Origin: a virus
Lineage: Duplodnaviria; Caudoviricetes
Reading direction: 5' to 3' (one strand)
DNA: 44,413 nt
IMG/VR virus record: IMGVR_UViG_3300012971_000028
Coordinates: 1 to 44,413 of that record
Shown here: piece after piece, positions 29,188 to 38,519 of the stretch
How the letters are laid out: each line of letters starts with the position of its first letter
How positions within the stretch are numbered: the first letter of the stretch is position 1
Notes under the pieces: generated by a model
Told to the model about the DNA's origin: nothing
The model's input: the letters and a program-made list of their open reading frames with translations, nothing else
Databases searched by the model: none
Made by a program: the position numbers and the translations under genes

Positions 29188-29416
29188 CTGCTTCCTCCGG
29201 TGGCGGCTCCGGTGGCGGCTGATCGTAGAAGTGCATCACACTGTCATACGAATAGACAATGTTATCAGAGATACGCCCAGTGATACGTGGTGACACTGGC
29301 ACTTTGATGCCTGTCCACAACGTGACCATAGACGGATCGTCGCTAGACCATGCTGGTGTCGGCTCTACTTCTTCCTGCACAGGCTCGTCCTGTGGTGCAT
29401 CCCAACGATCGCTCAT
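29174..29416 (-). CDS. Small acidic hypothetical protein
   Basis: AAGGAG RBS; overlaps the next gene. Confidence 0.7.
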   Translation of the reverse strand: MSDRWDAPQDEPVQEEVEPTPAWSSDDPSMVTLWTGIKVPVSPRITGRISDNIVYSYDSVMHFYDQPPPEPPPEEADAAA

Positions 29417-29426
29417 CACTCACTCC

Positions 29427-29675
29427 TTACGGCTTGCCAAGCAGACCAGCCGCTGCCGTGTATGTCACAGCATTGACCAGCCCGTTCATCTCGGCGTCGT
29501 CACACCTGTTCAGCCCATCACCACGGATGGATGCAAGATTGTCCATTGCAGTGATGCATGCCTGCGGACCACTTGCCTCGTAACCAGCACTGGCATTGTC
29601 GAACGAGTAGTGCGTCACTGACGGATCAGTGGTCGGTGCAATGATGAACGGCGATGCAGTTACGGAACCAGACAT
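29427..29675 (-). CDS. Small hypothetical protein downstream of the capsid gene
   Basis: AGGAG RBS. Confidence 0.75.
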   Translation of the reverse strand: MSGSVTASPFIIAPTTDPSVTHYSFDNASAGYEASGPQACITAMDNLASIRGDGLNRCDDAEMNGLVNAVTYTAAAGLLGKP

Positions 29676-29685
29676 GACGTGTCTC

Positions 29686-30654
29686 CTAGTTGGTCACAAC
29701 AGCATGCGTCCGATACGCACGCCACAAGCACCACTGGCCCTGCCACACGACGCGGCTGCCAACTGCATCCACGTTCCATGGTGCGACAAGCTCCTTCACC
29801 TTCATGTTCACACCGCGCAGCATGTGGAGGCGCAGATAGGTGTCATTCAGGAAGTATGCGAAGTTGACTGGGCAATCCTCGTCATATAGCATGGCGATGC
29901 CATTGTGCATGCACCCTTCGAAGCCCAAGTCGAACATGCGCTTGCCAGCCTTGCCCTCACTCAGAGGGATCGTGAACTTGTCTCGCACTGCCTGACGGTA
30001 GATGCGGTAGATGTTGCGTCCAGTCAGGATGATGCTCGGACGCTCACCCTTCAGAGTGAGGTCCATGAGCACATCGTCCCACACCTCTTCGATGTTGGTG
30101 CTGTCAATGCCACCTGCGAACACATACGCACTTGTGCGCCACTGCGGTTGCGTCACACGGCTGATGCCACCAAGTGCACCCGTTGTCGGATTGGTCGGTA
30201 TGAGCACGCCAAGTCCTTGCGGATCAGTGCCACCACCGTTGCCATACAGGTATTGACTAAATTTATCCTTGATGCTCTCCTCAAGGACGTTCATCTTCTC
30301 ACGCATCAGCTTGAAGATTGCCGATGCACCGTTGTTCTCGTCTTGCTCCTGGTCCGAGATGATGACTGTGCCCGCAACACGCGCGTATCCATACTCCACA
30401 GTGTCGAACTCGTCTGTCTGATTGACAGGCAGTGGTGCGTAGTAACGATACGACGTGACGTTCGGGTTGCGTCCAACAGTGAGCGGATTGGTGATGTTGT
30501 AACCACCATCCTCATACTCAACACGGTCATTGCTGAACGCCCAGGCCATCAACGCATTCGACTTGATGCTGGCCATGACCAGCTTGCGCCGACTCTTCGT
30601 CAGAGTGCTATGTAGCACATCTGCAACCAGAGGGACAATTGTGCCGACAGGCAT
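29686..30654 (-). CDS. Major capsid protein
   Basis: 322 aa after portal and scaffold; EDGGYNITNPL, NNGASAIFKLM, YLYGNG..., DLGFEG patterns typical of podoviral HK97-fold capsids; GGAG RBS. Confidence 0.9.
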   Translation of the reverse strand: MPVGTIVPLVADVLHSTLTKSRRKLVMASIKSNALMAWAFSNDRVEYEDGGYNITNPLTVGRNPNVTSYRYYAPLPVNQTDEFDTVEYGYARVAGTVIISDQEQDENNGASAIFKLMREKMNVLEESIKDKFSQYLYGNGGGTDPQGLGVLIPTNPTTGALGGISRVTQPQWRTSAYVFAGGIDSTNIEEVWDDVLMDLTLKGERPSIILTGRNIYRIYRQAVRDKFTIPLSEGKAGKRMFDLGFEGCMHNGIAMLYDEDCPVNFAYFLNDTYLRLHMLRGVNMKVKELVAPWNVDAVGSRVVWQGQWCLWRAYRTHAVVTN

Positions 30655-30665
30655 AACCTACTCCA

Positions 30666-31733
30666 TCAGTTGATCTGGACACCGCTATCATGCATCGCAG
30701 ATCGAATGATGTCGGCCCACGACGCATTCTCATTGAAGGCTTGTCCACTATCGGTGCCGTTGACAGGTCGAGCATCGGATGCTCGCACCGAACGGCCACC
30801 CGGCAGTGGACGCGTAGGCTGCTGTGTCTGCTGATGGGTAGGCTGCTGTTGACCGCCGTTCTGAAGTGCAGCAACTTGCGGCTTCAGAGGCTGGGTCCAG
30901 TCGAGACCGTTCTCGTGCGACCACCTAATCATCTTGGTGTATGCCGCATGGAGCGTCAGTCGAGGGTCAGCCTGCAACATTTCTGCAAGCACGTCAAGGT
31001 TTTGTTGCGCTTCCCCGTTGTCATCGATGAACGCCGACAGGTCACGTTCAGCCTGCTGCCTAAACTGTTGGTTCTGCTGCTCTTGCGTGACCCTACTGGT
31101 GAACGGTTGCAACTTGGTGTCGATCATTCGGGCAATGGCATTCATGTCCATGCCCTGCGTGACGCCCTGTTCCAAGAACGGTATGCGGTAGCCCTTCGAC
31201 TTCACTTCCTCAACCAGATACTGCACAGTGCGCACAGGATCAGCCAGGAAGTCACTCATGACGCGCAGTGCAGTGATCTGATGCTCAGGTGCGATGTTCA
31301 GCTTTGCAGCTTCACGTGTCACATCGCTGATGCCCTGCAACGCAAACGTCGCCTGCTGCAACTGACCGCGCAGTTGGTTGTTCTCACGCTGTGCGCGTTG
31401 GCCGTCTTCGAACACACGACGCTCAATGCCACCATGTGCAACGACACGCCCAGTGACAGGATCGACTAGATCGCGAACGTTGGGATTGTCAGTGTTGGCG
31501 TATTCAAGCAGTCCGTCTTTGCGTGTTCTATACTGTGACCGCTGTTGCGCAGGCTGCTGAGTTGTGCCGCCACTGCGATCTGTCTGAGTTGGCGGTGCAC
31601 TGGTAGTGGGGCCGCTACTCTGCCCTTCACTCGGCGGCGTGCTCGTAGTCGTGCTGCTATCAGCAACTTCACTGTCGCCTCCGTCCCTGAAGTCAGGGAT
31701 GCTGTTAATGATGCTGTCTTCCGTCCCACTCAT
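30666..31733 (-). CDS. Capsid scaffolding protein
   Basis: Between portal and capsid; disordered N-terminus and Gln-rich coiled coil. Confidence 0.75.
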   Translation of the reverse strand: MSGTEDSIINSIPDFRDGGDSEVADSSTTTSTPPSEGQSSGPTTSAPPTQTDRSGGTTQQPAQQRSQYRTRKDGLLEYANTDNPNVRDLVDPVTGRVVAHGGIERRVFEDGQRAQRENNQLRGQLQQATFALQGISDVTREAAKLNIAPEHQITALRVMSDFLADPVRTVQYLVEEVKSKGYRIPFLEQGVTQGMDMNAIARMIDTKLQPFTSRVTQEQQNQQFRQQAERDLSAFIDDNGEAQQNLDVLAEMLQADPRLTLHAAYTKMIRWSHENGLDWTQPLKPQVAALQNGGQQQPTHQQTQQPTRPLPGGRSVRASDARPVNGTDSGQAFNENASWADIIRSAMHDSGVQIN

Positions 31734-33994
31734 GCTGCGCTACCTCCCGCTCCCTGCCCTTGCGCTTGGCTGGCAAGCAGTTGTTGGAATATCTGTGCCG
31801 GTGGCACGCCCTGTGCCAACGCTTGGCCAATGGCTTGCAGCACAGGTGGCGGCAATGCAGACAACGCCTGCACAACAGCCGCTATCGCACTGCCACCACC
31901 TGCCTGCGGTGCTCCTGCAGTCGCTCCGGGAGTGGAGGTGCCAGTTCCGGGCTGGCCAGGAGCACCACCCATCTGCGACTGAGCCATCATCTGCGTCTCC
32001 TGCTCAATCGCCTGCCAATCCTCTGTGCTGATCATGAAGTCATCGAACGCCTTGGCCATCATCTGCAACGTCGCCTTCAATGCACTGGCCGGCGCAGCCC
32101 TGACGTATTGCGCCAACACCTGACTGATCTGCACTGCCTCTTGTTTCTTCTGCTGTGTAGTCAGCTTCTGCGTGCTGCCGCCAATGACGGACACTGCCAT
32201 CTGCGATAGGTCTCGTAGATTGTCGAGCGGTCGCCAGAATGCACTAACATCGAGACCCGTGAGTTGGTTGACCGTCGCAACATCCATAAACCGCAGGCAC
32301 AACTGTGCGAGCTTCCATCCGATGTCCCCGAGAGCGTCTTCAATAGCATCAAGCCGCATGTCAGTTCGCATGTTGCCCAATGTGCTGTAGTAGTCGATAG
32401 CCTTATTCGTCGTGTTCGTCTTGAACTCACCACCACGCTCCACTTCATTCGTGCTGGCTATGCGATCGACAGCCTGATACAAGTCACGTTTGTCAAACAG
32501 TTGCATGAATTGCATGCTTGGTGGTGGGATGCTGAAGATCAGCTTCTGTGGGTCTTTGCCATCGGGCACATCCAGTGGCGTAGCAGTTGGCTTCGGGCCT
32601 TCCAGTATCCTATCGATGGCTTCTTGTGTGATGCCCGAGTTGCGGTCATAGAAGATGTTGCGCCGTGCCCAATACAGCGCCCTGCGCTTCTCATCGTTGA
32701 TCTCGTTGATCTGATCCTGCTGATCCAGGTAGTAGCTGACTTCGCCCTTTGCATACACACTGCCTGGGCTGTCATGGAACCACATGGGCGTCAACGGGAA
32801 GAAGCCCTGCAACTGATACGGATCATCCCACACCCAGATTGGCCACTTCCAGTCATTGTCAGCATACATCTCTAGTCGGCGCGTCACTTTGTCCCACACA
32901 TACCACACTTTGGTGTAGCACGCCTTGTCGTAGCCTTCACGACTGGCAAATCCATACGCATTGTAGTCATTGTTGGGGCTGTTGCTGAAGATTGAGAAGT
33001 TGTCGCTGTCAGTTGTGTCACTACTGCCTGCATTCAGCACATGTGTCGGCTCAAAGACGCTCTTCACCTCCTCCGTCTCTTCGTCCTCGATGCCAAACTT
33101 GGCATTGATGTATTGTGTCGGCAGCATGTCCTCGATCATGACCCAATTGCTGTCTGACAGATACGGATCACTGCCATTCGGGTCACGCAATACCTGATGT
33201 GGCATGCGGATGCGCACAAACGGACCACTTGGCTGCAATATCTCGATCGTCTCTTCCAACGCTGTCAGTTTGCCTTCCACTTCGCGTATATCTTCGTCAT
33301 CCTCAGCCGTAGCAAGCTGTTCAGACAGAGCAACAAGATCCTGCATCGCCTGATCGCTGCTTTGGCCCTTCTGTGTGTAGCCAACTTCGAACCACGCGCA
33401 GTTGGTCAGTAGACATATGAGCACATTGCGCTTAGCCTTGGGCTTGATGTTGACACCCGGTGGTGTCTTCATGGCAAACAGCACGTCAATCAGCTTCTGC
33501 ACTGCCCGTGCGAACTGATCACTGGCATCCTTCACCTGCGGATCGTTCTGTGGCGTGGCACTGACGCTGACAATTGGGTTCTTGGCATACAATTCGGGCA
33601 CTTGTGCCGTCACATTGGCAAACACGACGTTCTCAGTGCTGCTGAACATCTCATTCAGGCGCTTAGCGACGTGTCTGTTGCCCGCAGTGATCGGCACACC
33701 ACTGAATGCACTGCTGTTGCCGTCGCGATGGTCAGCCTGATCGTGGTTGTAGTAGCGAATTGCCTCATCCCAGGCGTCAACCAAGTCCTTCATCGACTTC
33801 TGTGCAGTGTCACGCCGTGATCGCCACACGCCACCACGCTTGGACGACACTGGCACACGACTGTCAGGCATTGCCTTGTAGACGGCAGGCTCTGGCGGCT
33901 CAGGTGGTGCGCCCAAACCATCCTGATTGAGTGACTGTTCTAGTGGATCACCCGTATTGTCTAGCGACGGATCGTCTTGATACGTGCCGCTCAT
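31730..33994 (-). CDS. Portal protein
   Basis: 754 aa after TerL; NVVFANV...PELYAKNP, LQGFFP, DQQDQIN, Gln/Ala-rich tail. Confidence 0.88.
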   Translation of the reverse strand: MSGTYQDDPSLDNTGDPLEQSLNQDGLGAPPEPPEPAVYKAMPDSRVPVSSKRGGVWRSRRDTAQKSMKDLVDAWDEAIRYYNHDQADHRDGNSSAFSGVPITAGNRHVAKRLNEMFSSTENVVFANVTAQVPELYAKNPIVSVSATPQNDPQVKDASDQFARAVQKLIDVLFAMKTPPGVNIKPKAKRNVLICLLTNCAWFEVGYTQKGQSSDQAMQDLVALSEQLATAEDDEDIREVEGKLTALEETIEILQPSGPFVRIRMPHQVLRDPNGSDPYLSDSNWVMIEDMLPTQYINAKFGIEDEETEEVKSVFEPTHVLNAGSSDTTDSDNFSIFSNSPNNDYNAYGFASREGYDKACYTKVWYVWDKVTRRLEMYADNDWKWPIWVWDDPYQLQGFFPLTPMWFHDSPGSVYAKGEVSYYLDQQDQINEINDEKRRALYWARRNIFYDRNSGITQEAIDRILEGPKPTATPLDVPDGKDPQKLIFSIPPPSMQFMQLFDKRDLYQAVDRIASTNEVERGGEFKTNTTNKAIDYYSTLGNMRTDMRLDAIEDALGDIGWKLAQLCLRFMDVATVNQLTGLDVSAFWRPLDNLRDLSQMAVSVIGGSTQKLTTQQKKQEAVQISQVLAQYVRAAPASALKATLQMMAKAFDDFMISTEDWQAIEQETQMMAQSQMGGAPGQPGTGTSTPGATAGAPQAGGGSAIAAVVQALSALPPPVLQAIGQALAQGVPPAQIFQQLLASQAQGQGAGGSAA

Positions 33995-34368
33995 CGATAT
34001 TCACCTGCTTGCTGCTCATGCAACGACTGTGCGTAGTCACTTGCATGCTCAGGAGTGTCAAACTTGCCTAAGTGTTGTCCTGTCTGTTGGTAGAAGTTGA
34101 TTGCTTCCTCTGGAGACACCACGCCTCTACCTTCGATAACAGTTGGTATAACCACATTGTGGCCATTCTCATCTGTGAAATTGATCGAGCGCACAGTCGA
34201 GATAGAGCCATCGCTGTTCCTCACCACCGGACGCTGATGGATGTTGATGTTGCCAGGCACAATCAGTCCTTCTGCATTCGTTGGCTCGACATCGAACATC
34301 GAACCACTGCCACGAGGCAGCTTCGCCTCCAACACTTGACGAATTATGTCATCGAACGTATGGCTCAT
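33991..34368 (-). CDS. Hypothetical protein with GNINIHQRPVVRNSDGSISTVRS motif
   Basis: ATGA overlaps on both sides; compact globular-looking domain. Confidence 0.8.
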   Translation of the reverse strand: MSHTFDDIIRQVLEAKLPRGSGSMFDVEPTNAEGLIVPGNINIHQRPVVRNSDGSISTVRSINFTDENGHNVVIPTVIEGRGVVSPEEAINFYQQTGQHLGKFDTPEHASDYAQSLHEQQAGEYR

Positions 34369-34553
34369 CTAGGCAAACGCAATCCTGGTGCCAATCCAGT
34401 CAGCAAACTGATCAGTATGAGCACCAATATGATCGCCACGATCACTTGTGCCACTAGCGCGAATGGATGCGGCAGTGGCACAAGTGAGATGACCCACCAC
34501 ACCAGCCCGAAGATGAGCACCAACACCAGAATGTAGATCAGCAGGTCGATCAT
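34365..34553 (-). CDS. Small two-helix membrane protein (holin candidate)
   Basis: Two hydrophobic stretches separated by PLPHPF; ATGA overlaps. Confidence 0.75.
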   Translation of the reverse strand: MIDLLIYILVLVLIFGLVWWVISLVPLPHPFALVAQVIVAIILVLILISLLTGLAPGLRLPR

Positions 34554-36094
34554 TTGTGCCTCGCTCTACGTTCGTGTCGCTGTTCGCGTTCTATCTCATG
34601 CCATGCCAACCATGCAGGTGGATCGTCATGCCGACCAACGTAGCGTGCCAGCTTGGGCCTGTTGCTCATGGCATACTTCCACATGTCCATGGCATGGTCG
34701 TTGCGATCCACTGGCTTGTCAGTCAGTTCGTCGCTGCTGTCGCGGTTGAAGTAATACTCGGTGATCTCATCGATGAACCACGTGCACTTATCAGACACGT
34801 AGAAGTGTGGCGCATTGCGCAATCCAGTCAGCGGATGCTCATGCATCGGCAACGGACTCAGGTATTGCCAATTCTTCTGAATGCCAGCAGTGATGTCATT
34901 GTTGCCACGCTGCATCTGAATGCCATGCTCAGCGAACAGATCAGCTACTGTCTGCCCGACAGTTCGAGCATTGCCTGTCTTGCGTCTGAACACGTCAGGG
35001 TCAGCGAAGATTGGCCCTTGTCCAGCATCGTCCTCGCCGACTTCAGCACGTATTCTGTGTATATGGCGCGCTGCGTCTGCGACGGTAAGCTCTGCAATTC
35101 GGAACCCATCGAGCAGAAACACATTGGAGTCGTCATCTGCGTATAGGAGTCCATAGCAACTGTGTCGTGACAGTCCGTGGTCGTATCCCTCCACGATTGT
35201 AGGCTGAAAGCCACCGAACCGCAGTTGGTGCAGGTGTTCGAGTGCATCACGATGCGATACGATATGCGTCGCTTCATCAAACTGAGGGTATATAAGACCT
35301 GACAACGCTCCCCATCGTCCAAAAACGAAGCGTTCACGCATGCTTCCTGTGTAGGTTGCCAACATTCCTCTGATGTAGTCCTCGCCGACGTTCTCCACGT
35401 TCTCGTATGTGCTGCCCTCGAAGAGTTCGATGAGCGGCGTTGGCTTTCCATCCACGAGTATTGGTCGTCCATTGTTGTCCACCTCACACATCAGCTTGTC
35501 AGTGACGACACCGCGATGGAAGTCATGCAACGGCTTGACAATCTCTCTGTAGCACCAGTTGCGTGTTGGGTTGAGTGTTGCAATGAACCACTTCGGTCCA
35601 TACTTCGGCATGCCTACGTCATCACCGATGTATTCCGTATTGCCGCGCAACCGGCCCATCAGGTCCATGAAGTCCTTATGACTAAACTCAGGATCTTCCA
35701 ACTGATCCACTATTATCCAATCGTATGTCGCGGACAACAAGTTCGACTTCGACTCCTCTGTCTCTTTGCCGCGTTGTGCAACATACCTGAAGTTGACTGT
35801 AGAGCCATTCTTCAACAACAAGGTGTTCTCGTCCCGGCTCGGCATACGCTTGATCCAATGCGGCGGACACCACAGCAAGAACTCCCGCCTTATCGTATCG
35901 TTCAGCTTGGGATAGGTAGACCGTGCAACTAAGCCGTTGCACCCTGGGTAGTCCTTGCACAATTTCAAAGCTTTCACACATGCTGCTGCTGTCTTGCCAT
36001 TGCCAAACCCACCACCAAGGAACTGCACCTTGCTGTGCGACTTGTGGAAGCGATCATGCATTCCACCTTCAACGATGCGATAGCGTCTGCTCAT
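34550..36094 (-). CDS. terL: Terminase large subunit
   Basis: Walker A GGFGNGKT, Walker B-like IIVDQLE, ATLNP, nuclease motifs GYDHG, FADP, NDHAMD. Confidence 0.93.
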   Translation of the reverse strand: MSRRYRIVEGGMHDRFHKSHSKVQFLGGGFGNGKTAAACVKALKLCKDYPGCNGLVARSTYPKLNDTIRREFLLWCPPHWIKRMPSRDENTLLLKNGSTVNFRYVAQRGKETEESKSNLLSATYDWIIVDQLEDPEFSHKDFMDLMGRLRGNTEYIGDDVGMPKYGPKWFIATLNPTRNWCYREIVKPLHDFHRGVVTDKLMCEVDNNGRPILVDGKPTPLIELFEGSTYENVENVGEDYIRGMLATYTGSMRERFVFGRWGALSGLIYPQFDEATHIVSHRDALEHLHQLRFGGFQPTIVEGYDHGLSRHSCYGLLYADDDSNVFLLDGFRIAELTVADAARHIHRIRAEVGEDDAGQGPIFADPDVFRRKTGNARTVGQTVADLFAEHGIQMQRGNNDITAGIQKNWQYLSPLPMHEHPLTGLRNAPHFYVSDKCTWFIDEITEYYFNRDSSDELTDKPVDRNDHAMDMWKYAMSNRPKLARYVGRHDDPPAWLAWHEIEREQRHERRARHK

Positions 36095-36555
36095 GTGCCT
36101 GGGAATATGACCACAGCGGCATGTTGCAGTGTCAGTGTCTCACCGGCTGCCGCAACGCCACCATTGATGTTGATGTAGCTGTCTACCGTCGTATCAACAA
36201 ACATTGTGTTGATGGTCTGCGCACTGATGAAATACGGTGCTGTCATCTGTGTGTTGGCCATGTATTGGCCTGTGGCTGTATTGTTGTTCTCGACAAGGAA
36301 CACGCCTTGTGTCGTAGCATTGGCTGTGACTGTCAACGTGAATGATACGATATTGCCAGTTATCACACCCGGCGCTGTCGTCCAGCGAACAAGCAGTGTC
36401 TTGTTGTTCACTGAGTTGGTGTGCGACCACAGCATTCTGATCTCGGCCAGCCCGTTCTTACCGACCACATTGGCTGGTACCCGCAATGCAGCGAAGTTCG
36501 CCTCTGCAACGATGCCTGTCTGTGTGACAGGACCAGTTGTGGCTATGACTATCAT
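36091..36555 (-). CDS. Beta-rich protein, paralog C of a tandem triplet
   Basis: Aligns by eye with 36552-37016 and 37013-37540. Confidence 0.85.
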   Translation of the reverse strand: MIVIATTGPVTQTGIVAEANFAALRVPANVVGKNGLAEIRMLWSHTNSVNNKTLLVRWTTAPGVITGNIVSFTLTVTANATTQGVFLVENNNTATGQYMANTQMTAPYFISAQTINTMFVDTTVDSYININGGVAAAGETLTLQHAAVVIFPGT

Positions 36556-37016
36556 GGTGTTGGGAATACCACTGCGTAGGCATGGACCAAAGTCAACACT
36601 TCACCTGCACCTGCGGAGTTGCCGAAGATGTTAACGTAGGTGTCCTGTGTCGTATCAATCGCACCTGTGGACAGTGCCAACGTGCCACTGCCAAATGGGG
36701 AGGTAGCTGGTATCTGGCCATAGGTGATCTGTGCATTGGTGGCATTGTTGTTGCGGATCACCCACATTGATTGAGCACCTGCGACTGCTCCCCAAGTAGA
36801 TGATGGAACGGTCAAGCCACCTACGCCTACTGCTGTATTGAAGCCTCCCAATGCCTGCTTGTTGTTGGCGCTGCTGGTCATCGACCACAACATCTTGACT
36901 TCGATGTGTCCATTTCGTCCCATGCTGCCAGCCGGTATTCTCAGTGAATACATCAGCGTATTGCCGATGACGCCTGTGATCGTAACCGAGCCTTGTGTTG
37001 CAGCAACGATTGTCAT
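36552..37016 (-). CDS. Beta-rich protein, paralog B of a tandem triplet
   Basis: Start moved to ATG 37016 (ATGA overlap), where similarity to the paralogs begins. Confidence 0.85.
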   Translation of the reverse strand: MTIVAATQGSVTITGVIGNTLMYSLRIPAGSMGRNGHIEVKMLWSMTSSANNKQALGGFNTAVGVGGLTVPSSTWGAVAGAQSMWVIRNNNATNAQITYGQIPATSPFGSGTLALSTGAIDTTQDTYVNIFGNSAGAGEVLTLVHAYAVVFPTP

Positions 37017-37540
37017 GGTGCGTAATACACTATTGCTGTTGCGCGTTGCAGTGTGACAGTCTCGGCCGCACTGGCCAACAGGGCACTGATGTTGACGTAG
37101 ACATCCTGTGTTGTGTCGATACTGCCTGCTATGAGTGCAGCGCCCGTTGTGGAAAATGGCACACCAGGATTCGCCGCCCAACTAATCTGCGCATTCGTAG
37201 CATTGTTGTTGCGTGTGATGAGCAGTCCCTGTGAGCTTGCTGTTGTCGTCACTGCCTGATTGCCCGCAATGAATTGTCCACCGATAAGGCCAGAAACAGT
37301 TGCGAGCTTGTGAATGAATGTCTTGGTGTTAGATGAATTGGTGTATGACCACAGTAGCCTAACCTCAATTATGCCATTCTTGCCCATACTGTTCGCTGGA
37401 ATGCGAAGTGCTGCCAAGTTAGTCTCAGCCGTTGTGCCTGTCACTGACACAGGAGCCGTGATGGATGAAATGATGTCAGCTGGTGCCCACTGACCGTAGC
37501 CACATGGCAACTGCCTACCAACGAAGCCGGCAAGTCTCAC
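37013..37540 (-). CDS. Beta-rich protein, paralog A of a tandem triplet, with an N-terminal extension
   Basis: GTG start at 37540 overlaps the TGA of the upstream gene. Confidence 0.8.
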   Translation of the reverse strand: MRLAGFVGRQLPCGYGQWAPADIISSITAPVSVTGTTAETNLAALRIPANSMGKNGIIEVRLLWSYTNSSNTKTFIHKLATVSGLIGGQFIAGNQAVTTTASSQGLLITRNNNATNAQISWAANPGVPFSTTGAALIAGSIDTTQDVYVNISALLASAAETVTLQRATAIVYYAP

Positions 37541-37920
37541 TGCACACACTCAGCAATGTTGACGATACCAGTGCTCACGCCATCATTGATAACTGCAACC
37601 TGCTCACCTGGCACCACCCAGAAGTATTCAGGTGTGGCCGCAGGCATGTAGAAGCTCAGCCCATTGGTTGCCGATGCAACAGGCGGCGTTGCAGGGCCAC
37701 CGAATGCAATCCAACACGCACCAGTAGACACAATGCGCACATGTGCAGTGTGCTGGAAGAACGGATCGACTGTCAGCCCGTCAGCACTGCGCGTCGGTGC
37801 ATTCTGCGCCACGAGGAACGCAGCACTGACTTGACTTACACCACTGAGAGTGATATTCTGTGTCTTGCCTGGACGTGCGGCCTGCACAGTCAATCCATGG
37901 AAGTCTGTCCTCAGTGTCAT
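37537..37920 (-). CDS. Small beta-rich protein (capsid vertex / spike-base candidate)
   Basis: Alternating beta-strand pattern (HVRIVS, CWIAFG, EYFWV, QVAVI); ATGA-coupled to terS. The function is inference. Confidence 0.6.
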   Translation of the reverse strand: MTLRTDFHGLTVQAARPGKTQNITLSGVSQVSAAFLVAQNAPTRSADGLTVDPFFQHTAHVRIVSTGACWIAFGGPATPPVASATNGLSFYMPAATPEYFWVVPGEQVAVINDGVSTGIVNIAECVQ

Positions 37921-38519
37921 GTCACCCCCATGTCGATTGTCGGCGCATCAGCACCTTCACGCTTCACATACTCAATAACCAACCCACCATCAACGCGATG
38001 GCGATGCTCAACCACATCAGCAGGACGATGACCCGAACGATCGAGTATGTCACGAGCCGCTGCCATTCTATCGCTGCGACTGCCTGCTTGAAGTGCGTCC
38101 ACCATAACGCCAGCAGCGTGCTTTGCATTCTTGGCGAGTAGCTCGCGAACCACATCAGTTTCACTATCCAACACTGTGCGCACCACTGCATCATGCATCT
38201 GCGTATACGGATCAGACACCTTGATGCGGCCAACTTGGTCAATGGTCAGCCCTGTAGCGATGGCAATCTCTTCATCATCCAGCCCAAACAGTGTGTAGCT
38301 GAGTATCGCACTCACTGCATTCATCGTGCGTGGCACTTCTGGCAGATCACTGACCTTGCGCCGTGCCGCAGTGATGATGCGTTGTGCCTCGCTGTGCGTC
38401 GGTATCTCTACCATGTCAGATGCAGGTGCAGGATCGCCAGGACGCACGTGACGACCGCCAGGATAGACGCGAGTGCCATCAGCCAATACCAGTGGTTCTC
38501 GTTCATCTGGCAGTGCCAT
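37917..38519 (-). CDS. terS: Terminase small subunit (putative)
   Basis: HTH-like DDEEIAIATGLTIDQVGRI and RMAAARDILDRSGH; upstream of TerL; start moved to ATG 38519. Confidence 0.7.
   Translation of the reverse strand: MALPDEREPLVLADGTRVYPGGRHVRPGDPAPASDMVEIPTHSEAQRIITAARRKVSDLPEVPRTMNAVSAILSYTLFGLDDEEIAIATGLTIDQVGRIKVSDPYTQMHDAVVRTVLDSETDVVRELLAKNAKHAAGVMVDALQAGSRSDRMAAARDILDRSGHRPADVVEHRHRVDGGLVIEYVKREGADAPTIDMGVT

Noticed and set aside
36091-37540. Diversity-generating retroelement or shufflon behind the paralog triplet
   Set aside because: No reverse transcriptase or recombinase, no near-identical template/variable repeat pair, no inverted cassettes; divergence is deep and at protein level.
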